Below, in pieces: positions 19,767 through 30,313 of a stretch of DNA of 64,000 nucleotides. The number at the start of each line of letters is the position of its first letter. Within the stretch, counting starts at the first letter, position 1. The notes under the pieces were generated by a model, which saw only the letters and a program-made list of their open reading frames with translations, ran no database searches and was not told the DNA's origin. Source of the stretch: Nemertoderma westbladi (lineage: Eukaryota > Animalia > Xenacoelomorpha); contig JAUCBJ010008074.1 in the NCBI GenBank assembly GCA_032718475.1, forward strand, positions 19,127-83,126. The letters are read 5' to 3'. The translations under genes and the position numbers were made by a program.

Positions 19767-19795
19767 TATTATGTTTTGCAGTTATTAATATAATA

Positions 19796-20262
19796 GGGGG
19801 CGTTCATAAAGTATGTCACGCACTACGGGGGGGGGGGGGGGGGGGGTCAAGCTTGCGTGACATTTTGTGATAGGGTGGGGGGGGGGGGGGGGGTGTTGAC
19901 TTTTGTGACGGTCACGGCGATGTTCTATGGTATGCTTTAATGTTAACTTGACATGGCTAACACTTGTAGATGAGTGGGAAACTTTAAGGAAAAAACAATA
20001 AACTCAATAACATTGAATTTAATCCCTAACATTAACCGGACACCCCTGTCTAGTCTGCCTTGTACATGTACAGTACAGTAGTTTGAAGCTGCTAAAGTAT
20101 ATATAGGCTTTTAGTAAGAACTACTTCAGTCAAAATGTTTCACTTTCTATTGTGCTTTCTAACTGTTATTCGTCTAGGGGGGGGGGGGGGGGGGGGTTAT
20201 AAATTTATGAAAAAAAACTGGAAAACTGGAAAATTTGCGTGACATACTTTATGAACGCCCCC
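19796..20262. mobile_element. PIF/Harbinger-like MITE
   Basis: 27-bp TIRs GGGGGCGTTCATAAAGTATGTCACGCA; 3-bp flanking duplication ATA. Confidence 0.85.
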
Positions 20263-21061
20263 ATATCATAATGCATTACTAGTAGTAATGATGAATTTGT
20301 TTTACATAATTAATTTAATTGTACAAGGCGAATTATTTATTTATTGTGTCAAATTAAATATTAAATAGACTTACTAGACTGCTAAATATTATTAAATTGT
20401 CTTCACAAACCATCACGTTTCCTCTTAACAACCGGATGCGAAAAATCAAGATCATACGTACATATTAATCTGTTCTAGCAAAGCAGTTGTGGCCGCTAAT
20501 ATTACCGACCCGGTCTGTAGGGTGGTTCTTATTTGTCGTAAACGCCCTGGACTGCTGCCTGCAATAACATTACCTAGTTAACCGTTATGTTAGGGGTTAA
20601 GGGCCGTTTACCTCACTGCCCAAACATAACAGGTAACTAATATGATTACACCACGATCTACGTTGTTCACATTTTTACAATTCCCACGAATATCATTTAC
20701 TGTCAGTATTATTTAGCCTTTGTGGCATTTACAAACATCAAATGGGCAGATTGGATACTACCGTGACCTATAACAGTTACATGGTAATGTATACACTTTT
20801 ATCGTAAGTCAAGATACTACCCGTTCTAGAACTCAAGAACTGCAGAACCTGCCTGTTTTGTTTCTGTTGCTACTGTGTGTCGTTACAGGTACCGGTCGAA
20901 ACAGGGTAAGCCTTTGTTGTTACAATGTTATTTGCTGTAATCGATTTTTTTACATTAAGCTACAAAAAATATTAAATTAAAACTCAAGAACAATTTCTCA
21001 CGCCTCAACGCCATTCTTTGCTTTCAAGGATTAATTAAAAAACGTGCAAAATAAATATTGC

Positions 21062-21143
21062 CGCAGTGTGTAGGATTCGAACCTACGCGGGAAGATCCCA
21101 TTGGATTTCTAGTCCAACGCCTTAACCACTCGGCCAACACTGC
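21062..21143 (-). tRNA. tRNA-Ser(AGA)
   Basis: 82 nt: GCAGTGT acceptor stem, TGGCCGAGTGG A box, CT-AGA-AA anticodon loop, long variable arm, GGTTCGAATCC B box; downstream T runs. Confidence 0.95.
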
Positions 21144-21436
21144 TCGAGGTAAGAGATCAGTAAATATCCATGTCATCGATCGTGGATAAACAAACAACCC
21201 ATGCAGATGACTGATTGACTTCAGTGTGCCTATCTGAATGAATGTGACAGATTGGCGATTACTGTGCTTCGCTAATTTTCTATAAGCTACCAAAGCAGTT
21301 TATTAATAATGATGCACTGGGTTGGAGGCCATTCCTGCCAGTACATCATTGAGTATGTGTTCCATAATTGTTCGGTTTACCATAGAAAACCAAACTGGCA
21401 GGGATACCACCGATATACGGTCACTTAAAAAAGATA

Positions 21437-22080
21437 ACAGGCTGAGATAACTACCCACCAAATATGACTCCCCAGTCTTCTCAGCCTAGGCTGAGAACAC
21501 TCCCCTTAGGCTGAGATAACTCCCCTAGTTGCAAAAAATTGTTTTGTTGTTTCTGACTTTTCTGTATACATAGGATCTAAGTTCGTTTAATCATATATAC
21601 AAATATAGGCAGCTACTGTATAATACTTTTTTGGCAGTGATTTTTATGTCCGTTCATTTGACTTTTTTGTCCGCAATTTTTTATGAATTTACGGTCTTTT
21701 CTAACCAAAACAATAAAAAATAACATTACCAATTGAGGGAAAGGAGCAGGTTACAGAGGCGGGATTTTCTAACCAAAACAATAAATAGTTACAATAAAAA
21801 ATAAGAAAAAAGAGCAGGTAACAGAGACGGGCTTTTCTAACTATTTAATAAAATTATTTAACATTGAGAAAGGCAGCATCAGGATTTAACTTAGAGCACA
21901 CAAAAAAATGTAATAATTAATAATTATTTGTAGGAGTTTTCGCAATTAGGGGAGTCTTCTCAGACTCATCCTAAGGTGGAGTCATCTGAACCTAAAGGGA
22001 GTGTTCTCAGCCTAGGTTGAGACGACTAGGGAGTGTTATCAGCCTAGGTTGAGTCGACTGGGGAGTCATCTCAGCCTTGT
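21437..22080. mobile_element. Foldback/MITE-like element with subterminal repeats
   Basis: AGGCTGAGA..ACTCCC repeats at left mirrored by GGGAGT..TCTCAGCCT repeats at right. Confidence 0.6.
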
Positions 22081-23367
22081 ACACCCCCTCCTCTGCGGTG
22101 GACACAGACACAACTACTAAGCAGTCTAGAACATGCAGCATCCAACATTTGATTGCTACAAATACAAAAATTGCAAAATTCTGGCTGTATATTTATATTA
22201 CCCAGCAGGTCATTCATTACCTGTCAGTGCCGGTACAAACTTACGCCGCTCGCGTTTTAGAAACGCGATTTACGCAAACAGCTGCTTCGCAGTGGTAGAG
22301 GAAGACATCTTCCTTTAGTTTCTATGTATTGCGTTTAGATAAATTAACAGGAATAAAGAAATTAAAAAATATTACTAAGTACTTAAAATAAAAAACTTAA
22401 AAGTACTAAAAATAGTTGGTGTTTCTAAAAAATTGTTCTAAAATGGCCATTGTAAATAATCGCCAGGTCGTCGCAAACTTTACTACAGTAAATAGAAACA
22501 ACTATTTCGCTATTTCATAAAATAGTGCATTACTGGCCGTAACCTACGCAAATTCCACTGTAATGTAGGCCTACTACTGTATCAGACTATACACAAAATC
22601 AGCCCTTCTACGAAATTTTCCTATTACTGTACCGGTACATGCTGCGATATCCAAACTCAAAAATGGAAAACCGAGTGGAGATTCTATAAAATCCCAACAA
22701 ACGTAATCAAATAGCTAGCCGTATATATTTAGCCATATCGTCACCTTCAAGGCAGAACCCCCTAAGTCGATTTTTGTAGTTCTGAGATAATCGATAAAAA
22801 CTGTTTATTTTTTAGAGAGATGCCTCAGTTTACTTGTTATTGTGTTTTTTGATAACTAAATATATATAGAATTCATATAATTAAACTTTCAATTTGATTT
22901 AGAATTACCTTTGAAATATATTGCGGTTTTTTTGTAAAAATTACCAAAACTTGTTTTTCCTAAAAACTATTGTTTTGCCAAAACAAGGGGGAACACCATT
23001 TTCTGGTATTATCCCGTAACTATACGATAGTTGCGGGGTATTGCCTGAAAACAAGGCATCCTCAATTTGGCAAAACACCATAAGTCCGAATTTTTACAAA
23101 AAAAAAACGCAAAATATATCAAATAATAGCCAAGGCGTATCGTACGTCCTTAATAATTTAGTGCGTAGCGCGCACGTAATACATGTGCGCATTTGTTATT
23201 AGCTAATAAGTGCTATCTACCATGTTAACTAGCACATGATCAGGTGTTAGTATTACCTGTAAACGCAATAATAACAAATAATCATAATATACAATATAGC
23301 TAACACACTTGCGCACATGTTGGAAATTTTTGAATTCAAAATTCTAAAGGGCTCCATAAGTTTTTGA

Positions 23368-24176
23368 TACTACTACTAGGTCGAGCGAACTCGGACAGTG
23401 GAAATGAGATCCTTCCAGACTTCCCGATTCTCCATAGTTGTTGCAATTTCGTTTCTCCCAAGTTCAGTATCCCTTTCAAGTTGATCTATATATGTTATGG
23501 CAGGTCGTCCACGACTACGCTTTCCATGAGTTGGTTGCCATAGAAGTAGATCTGGTATGACCTCGTCTTTACTTCGCCAGCAGTGCCCACTGAATCTTAA
23601 TCTGCGTTCACGGAAGGTGGTTGATACAGGTGGTATTGTACCATAAAGCTCGGCGTTTGTCATGTGTTGTCTCCAGCTGATGTTTAGGGCTGCCCTTAGT
23701 AGTCTTGTGTAGCAACCATCAATTCGTTGTTCAAGTGATTTAGTCAGTGTCCAGGTCTCACCCCCGTATAAAAATACACTTTCCACTGTGGCTCGGAAGA
23801 AGTTAGTCTTCAGGTGCCTGGAGAGATCTGATTTCCAGATGGTATCCATTTTTGATAGAGCTACCCAAGCCTTTGCTTTCCTAACTTCTATGTCCTTTTT
23901 GCTACTCTCTATCCATGATCCAAGGTACTGGAAGTCATCGACCTTCCTTAGTTGATTATTATCAATGGTTGTCAAGTTTCCATCAACATTAAAGGTCATG
24001 AATTCGGTCTTGGTAGCATTTATAAGCAATCCAACCTCCTTAGCAGCCCTCTCCACTTTATTTAGTAGAAGCTGTGCATCTGCTAGCGTATTAGAGAGCA
24101 GGGCGATGTCATCCGCAAAGTCGGTGTCTGTGACTGTAGTTGCCGGATATCTACTACTTCTGCGTTCTTGAAGTGT
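23368..24176 (-). mobile_element. 5'-truncated RTE LINE, same family as 55121-58041
   Basis: DFADDIALL RT motif; near-identical to the 3' ~800 bp of the later copy; (TAG)n tail. Confidence 0.92.
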
Positions 24177-25022
24177 ATGTATCTTCTTGTATGTTCTTGT
24201 ATGTATCAATACAAATTGAACAAAATGTAACCAAATGCAGAACTATAAGAACAAAATTTAGATTCAAGAAAGCGGAACTCTAAGTACAAAATATAGCCAT
24301 GGGTGGTACTCTACAGTAAGAACAAAGTCTAGCTACAGGGTTACAGCTACGTTAAAGTAAAGTTCACTTACAGTACGTCATGACGAATAATTAAAGACCT
24401 GTTTTTTCTACAGTACGTGGCAACATTTTGAGCAACTCTATCAGCAACTTAGTAAGCATTAGTAGTAATGGTTTACCCTACTTCTGCGACAGTTTGGTCC
24501 CACTTCACACCTTGGGTGTTAAGTAGGTCATTAATTAATTAATCAATTAATTAATTGGTCGATTAAACAATTAATTAATTGTTTAATCAATCGATTTGTA
24601 TCAAATAATGTTGCCAAAGGCAATTTAATTTGATACAAATCAATCAGATAGGGACGCGCGATGAATAAATTGTACTACAGTAGGTACAGTAGATAAAATA
24701 TACAATACAATAGGAACCGTAGTACAGTACAATACAATATACAATACATTTGTATTATTTTTGCCATACAATAGGTAAAGGTAGAATTAAATAAAAAGAC
24801 ACAATCGAAACCCAAAACATAAATTACCCTCACACAAAAATAAAGTGGCCCCAGTTTGACTAATCCCTTTGAATCCATAGCTTCGTTATTACATCAATTC
24901 ATCCAAGAAATTAGAATAATCATCTACTCTTGCAATAGTTTGTATTCTTTTGCGTTATACTTTATGAAGCAGTCCACGCGCATATTAACTCAAAGACAAA
25001 CCCCTACCCAAACACCATGTGA

Positions 25023-25325
25023 TCAATAATCCCACACCTCTTCTCCCCACGCCATTGAACATTCTCCCTTCTTCTCTTCTTTCTCTTCTTTTTTCTCTTC
25101 TTTTTTCTGTTCTTTTAATATATGAAAAATTGAGTTCCTGGACCTATATTCGCAAAACCGCAAATGGTGATCCTTTTCAGCTTCTCTAAAGCTGTGTGCG
25201 GGTTGAAAAGGACACTGAACCATTTTTTGATTCGAAAAGTTCTTACGACATTTTCTTAAATGCGTAACATATTTTTCTGAATGAATTCTGTGTGTGGCAT
25301 CATAAGGACATATGAAATATTCCAT
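25023..25325 (-). CDS. GTSF1/Asterix-like tandem CHHC zinc-finger protein (100 aa), left-arm copy
   Basis: CPYDATH-X9-HLRKC-RKN and CPFQPAH-X9-HLRFC (C-X5-H-X9-H-X3-C twice); C-terminal AWGEEVWDY; ATG at 25325. Confidence 0.8.
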   Translation of the reverse strand: MEYFICPYDATHRIHSEKYVTHLRKCRKNFSNQKMVQCPFQPAHSFREAEKDHHLRFCEYRSRNSIFHILKEQKKEEKKEEKEEKKGECSMAWGEEVWDY

Positions 25326-26037
25326 AGTAACAAAAGACAAAAACAAAATTTATTGAGATATACTTTTTAAAAAACTTTTAAAAACCTCACTTAATATTTT
25401 TAGAGATAATGATCTAACTTTACATGGTTTTATTTATATAGAAAGGTCCACCTTAACATTTCAAACAGAACCATAGTTTTTGGTATGGCATGCGTGAAGG
25501 ATTAAGCATCCCATGGAACCCCTTGTTGAGTTATACTCTACAATGAAATATAAAGACGCAATCGAGGCCCAAAACATAAATTACCCTCACACAAAAATAA
25601 AGTGGCCCCAGTTTGGCCCCGAGTCATCCCTCAATAATCTGCGGTCGTTAGGCTCTTATTAACTGTAGCATGACTAACCCAAACATCAATGCGTGAATGG
25701 GGCCTGCGTGAATGGGACCTGCCATAGAGTTTAAATTATTCAAACCTATAGCTTCGTTATTACATCAATTCATCCAAGAAATTAGAATAAACATCTGCTC
25801 TTGCAATAGTTTGCATTCTTTCATATTGTACTTTATGAAGCGGTTTACGCATGCATTAGCTCAACAACAAAGCCCTACCCAAAACACCACATGTCAAGTC
25901 CATGTGAGGGTTGAACCCATGACATGCGGGAGATGTGAATTCAAAGCAACCACTACACCAAGGTGGAACAGCAACGTTTGAATTTGTTCGTTAACGTTCG
26001 AATTTGTAAGACTCTGATTTAAGACCTGAGGCACTCC

Positions 26038-26432
26038 CCACAACCACAGCCACATCCACAACCACAGCCACAGCCACAGCCACAACCACAGCCACAGCCA
26101 CAGCCACAGCCACAGCCACAGCCACAGCCACAGCCACAGCCACACCACAGCCACAGCCACAGCCACAGCCACAGCCACAGCCACAGCCACAACCACAGCC
26201 ACAGCCACAGCCACAGCCACAGCCACAGCCACAACCACAGCCACAGCCACAACCACAGCCACAGCCACAACCACAGCCACAGCCACAGCCACAGCCACAA
26301 CCACAGCCACAACCACAGCCACAACCACAGCCACAGCCACAGCCACAGCCACAGCCACAGCCACAACCACAACCACAGCCACAACCACAGCCACAGCCAC
26401 AACCACAGCCACAACCACAGCCACAACCACAG
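26038..26432. repeat. (CCACAG/CCACAA)n hexamer microsatellite, left TIR
   Basis: Directly visible. Confidence 0.95.
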
Positions 26433-26845
26433 CCTCACCTTCACCCACTTTATTGTTAAATACGCCTGAGAAAAATTCAAGAAACATCTGGTTTACAATA
26501 GATTATTCTTTTTTCACAACTCCATTCTAGCCTCCCTCTATAAAAGCCCCCATTCACCGCAACTGGTCATGTAAATGTTTACTGTTACTGTTTACTGTCT
26601 AAATGTTAAATGTAACTGTTTAACTGTTTTGATGTTCTTTGTTTAACCCCTATATTATTTATCCAAAGTTGAAAAAGAAAAATGAAATATAGTCGACTAT
26701 TTTCATATTTTTAATATAGCAACATTGAAATATATATTTATAACATAACACATATACATATACATATAGCAGAGTAACATTTAAGATATAACACATTGTA
26801 ACACATAAGTTATAACACATTGTAACATTTCATTCAATTGTCTAA

Positions 26846-27601
26846 TTATCTTCTGCACTGTCTCACATTAACTGTACGACTGTTACTGTTCATAATCCTA
26901 GGATATACAACAGTTGCTGGAGATATAACTTTTCCATTCCCTACTCTGATTTTCTGTCCATTTTCATTGTCATTCTCCTCTGATGCTTCCTCACTGTCAT
27001 CGCTACTCTCCTCTGATTCTTCCTCACTGTCATCGCTACTCTCCTCCGATTCATCCCCATCACTCTCATTTCCATCATTATCACTCTCCTTATGCGAATG
27101 TTTCTGCATTTCATTCAATTGTCTAATTATCTTCTGCAATTTATTTTTATTTCCTAATACATGTCTTAATATCTCCTCATTATCTGAGTCATTATCCTCA
27201 CCACTTTCATGTTCCTCGACTTCTTTCTCGCTCTCATTTTCTTCACCACCACTCTCATTTTCTTCTTTCTCTATCTCACTCTCCGTTTCATCATTCTCAC
27301 TTTCCTCTGATTTATTCTCTTCCTCACTCTCATCGTCCTTTTCACTATGTGGCTGTTTCTGTATATTCTTCAAAATATTCATGATTTTCTCGAATTTATG
27401 TTTCATCATTTGTTTAATCTCTAGAAAATCACTCTCAACTCTCTTTTTGTTTTCTTCTTCACTAAAAATATCATCATTATTTTTTAATTTCTTTGGTAAT
27501 GGTTCCATTACACCTTCCTTTCTATGTATACTCATATGACGGGATATACTGTCTCGTCTCATTTCTTTATTACAAACCAAACATCTTTCATAGCTAGGCA
27601 T
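26846..27601 (-). CDS. C2H2 zinc-finger plus acidic low-complexity protein (251 aa) in the element core
   Basis: CLVCNKEMRRDSISRHMSIH; basic PLPKKLK; duplicated helix+acidic module; TATA and Inr-like motifs upstream. Confidence 0.65.
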   Translation of the reverse strand: MPSYERCLVCNKEMRRDSISRHMSIHRKEGVMEPLPKKLKNNDDIFSEEENKKRVESDFLEIKQMMKHKFEKIMNILKNIQKQPHSEKDDESEEENKSEESENDETESEIEKEENESGGEENESEKEVEEHESGEDNDSDNEEILRHVLGNKNKLQKIIRQLNEMQKHSHKESDNDGNESDGDESEESSDDSEEESEESSDDSEEASEENDNENGQKIRVGNGKVISPATVVYPRIMNSNSRTVNVRQCRR

Positions 27602-27716
27602 TATATAGCAATGTCAATTGATATTATGAATTTTCGCTGAATGATTTTACAAAATTTTAAATAAATAAAACTTTTATGAAAATAAATAAAACTTTTAAAA
27701 ATAAAAATTAGAGAAT

Positions 27717-27748
27717 GAATGAGAATGCGGTGAATGGGGGCTTTTATA
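27717..27748 (-). promoter_or_regulatory. Putative TATA + initiator for the core ORF
   Basis: TATAAAAG followed ~28 nt later by TCATTC on the minus strand. Confidence 0.45.
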
Positions 27749-27852
27749 GAGGGAGGCTAGAATGGAGTTGTGAAAAAAGAATAATCTATTGTAAACCAGA
27801 TGTTTCTTGAATTTTTCTCAGGCGTATTTAACAATAAAGTGGGTGAAGGTGA

Positions 27853-28292
27853 GGCTGTGGTTGTGGCTGTGGTTGTGGCTGTGGTTGTGGCTGTGGCTGT
27901 GGTTGTGGCTGTTGCTGTGGTTGTGGTTGTGGCTGTGGCTGTGGCTGTGGCTGTGGCTGTGGCTGTGGCTGTGGTTGTGGCTGTGGTTGTGGCTGTGGTT
28001 GTGGCTGTGGTGTGGCTGTGGCTGTGGCTGTGGTTGTGGCTGTGGCTGTGGTTGTGGCTGTGGCTGTGGTTGTGGCTGTGGCTGTGGTTGTGGCTGTGGC
28101 TGTGGCTGTGGCTGTGGTTGTGGCTGTGGTTGTGGCTGTGGCTTGTGGCTGTGGCTGTGGCTGTGGCTGTGGTTGTGGCTGTGGCTGTGGCTGTGGCTGT
28201 GGCTGTGGTCTGTGGCTGTGGCTGTGGCTGTGGCTGTGGCTGTGGTTGTGGCTGTGGCTGTGGCTGTGGTTGTGGATGTGGCTGTGGTTGTG
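27853..28292. repeat. (CTGTGG/TTGTGG)n hexamer microsatellite, right TIR
   Basis: Directly visible; longer than the left copy. Confidence 0.95.
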
Positions 28293-28890
28293 GGGAGTGC
28301 CTCAGGTCTTAAATCAGAGTCTTACAAATTCGAACGTTAACGAACAAATTCAAACGTTGCTGTTCCACCTTGGTGTAGTGGTTGCTTTGAATTCACATCT
28401 CCCGCATGTCATGGGTTCAACCCTCACATGGACTTGACATGTGGTGTTTTGGGTAGGGCTTTGTTGTTGAGCTAATGCATGCGTAAACCGCTTCATAAAG
28501 TACAATATGAAAGAATGCAAACTATTGCAAGAGCAGATGTTTATTCTAATTTCTTGGATGAATTGATGTAATAACGAAGCTATAGGTTTGAATAATTTAA
28601 ACTCTATGGCAGGTCCCATTCACGCAGGCCCCATTCACGCATTGATGTTTGGGTTAGTCATGCTACAGTTAATAAGAGCCTAACGACCGCAGATTATTGA
28701 GGGATGACTCGGGGCCAAACTGGGGCCACTTTATTTTTGTGTGAGGGTAATTTATGTTTTGGGCCTCGATTGCGTCTTTATATTTCATTGTAGAGTATAA
28801 CTCAACAAGGGGTTCCATGGGATGCTTAATCCTTCACGCATGCCATACCAAAAACTATGGTTCTGTTTGAAATGTTAAGGTGGACCTTTC

Positions 28891-28924
28891 TATATAAATA
28901 AAACCATGTAAAGTTAGATCATTA
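28891..28924 (+). promoter_or_regulatory. Putative TATA + initiator for the GTSF1-like ORF (mirrored in left arm)
   Basis: TATATAAA at 28891, TCATTA ~30 nt downstream, ATG ~85 nt further. Confidence 0.45.
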
Positions 28925-29005
28925 TCTCTAAAAATATTAAGTGAGGTTTTTAAAAGTTTTTTAAAAAGTATATCTCAATAAATTTTGTTTTTGTCTTTTG
29001 TTACT

Positions 29006-29308
29006 ATGGAATATTTCATATGTCCTTATGATGCCACACACAGAATTCATTCAGAAAAATATGTTACGCATTTAAGAAAATGTCGTAAGAACTTTTCGAA
29101 TCAAAAAATGGTTCAGTGTCCTTTTCAACCCGCACACAGCTTTAGAGAAGCTGAAAAGGATCACCATTTGCGGTTTTGCGAATATAGGTCCAGGAACTCA
29201 ATTTTTCATATATTAAAAGAACAGAAAAAAGAAGAGAAAAAAGAAGAGAAAGAAGAGAAGAAGGGAGAATGTTCAATGGCGTGGGGAGAAGAGGTGTGGG
29301 ATTATTGA
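29006..29308 (+). CDS. GTSF1/Asterix-like tandem CHHC zinc-finger protein (100 aa), right-arm copy
   Basis: Identical translation to left copy; ACTATGG start context. Confidence 0.8.
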   Translation: MEYFICPYDATHRIHSEKYVTHLRKCRKNFSNQKMVQCPFQPAHSFREAEKDHHLRFCEYRSRNSIFHILKEQKKEEKKEEKEEKKGECSMAWGEEVWDY

Positions 29309-29870
29309 TCACATGGTGTTTGGGTAGGGGTTTGTCTTTGAGTTAATATGCGCGTGGACTGCTTCATAAAGTATAACGCAAAAGAATACAAACTATTGCA
29401 AGAGTAGATGATTATTCTAATTTCTTGGATGAATTGATGTAATAACGAAGCTATGGATTCAAAGGGATTAGTCAAACTGGGGCCACTTTATTTTTGTGTG
29501 AGGGTAATTTATGTTTTGGGTTTCGATTGTGTCTTTTTATTTAATTCTACCTTTACCTATTGTATGGCAAAAATAATACAAATGTATTGTATATTGTATT
29601 GTACTGTACTACGGTTCCTATTGTATTGTATATTTTATCTACTGTACCTACTGTAGTACAATTTATTCATCGCGCGTCCCTATCTGATTGATTTGTATCA
29701 AATTAAATTGCCTTTGGCAACATTATTTGATACAAATCGATTGATTAAACAATTAATTAATTGTTTAATCGACCAATTAATTAATTGATTGATTAATTAA
29801 TGACCTACTTAACACCCAAGGTGTGAAGTGGGACCAAACTGTCGCAGAAGTAGGGTAAACCATTACTACT

Positions 29871-30313
29871 CTTACTGTAATTTCCCACTTACTTACTGTA
29901 ACTTCCCACTTACTTACTGTAACTTCCCACTTACTTACTGTAACTTCCCCCTTACTTACTGTAACTTCCCACTTACTTACTGTAACTTCCCACTTACTTA
30001 CTGTAACTTTCCACTTACATACTGTGTAACTTCCCCTATTACTTACTGTAACTTCCCCCTTACTTACCGTAACTTCCCCCTTACTTACTGTAATTTCCCA
30101 CTTACTTACTGTAACTTCCCACTTACTTACTGTAACTTCCCACTTACTTACTGTAACTTCCCACTTACTTACTGTAACTTCCCACATACTTACTGTAATT
30201 TCCCACTTACTTACTGCAAGTTCCCCCTTACTTACTGTAACTTCCCACTTACTTACTGTAACTTCCCACTTACTTACTGTAACTTCCCACTTACATACTG
30301 TGTAACTTCCCCT
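29871..30313. repeat. 21-bp satellite (TACTGTAACTTCCCACTTACT), left part
   Basis: Directly visible; resumes after element 2. Confidence 0.95.

Larger units (their letters stand above)
24461..29870. mobile_element. Non-autonomous Polinton/Maverick-like element with ~2.1-kb TIRs
   Basis: Arms 24461-26561 and 27726-29870 are near-identical inverted copies; ends AGTAGT...ACTACT; unique ~1.16-kb core; no matching TSD and no core Polinton genes. Confidence 0.6.

Noticed and set aside
25894-26487. Poly-VA/WL/CG ORF through the hexamer microsatellite
   Set aside because: Frame differs between the two arms, so not called as CDS; weak counter-evidence is noted in the direct-repeat finding
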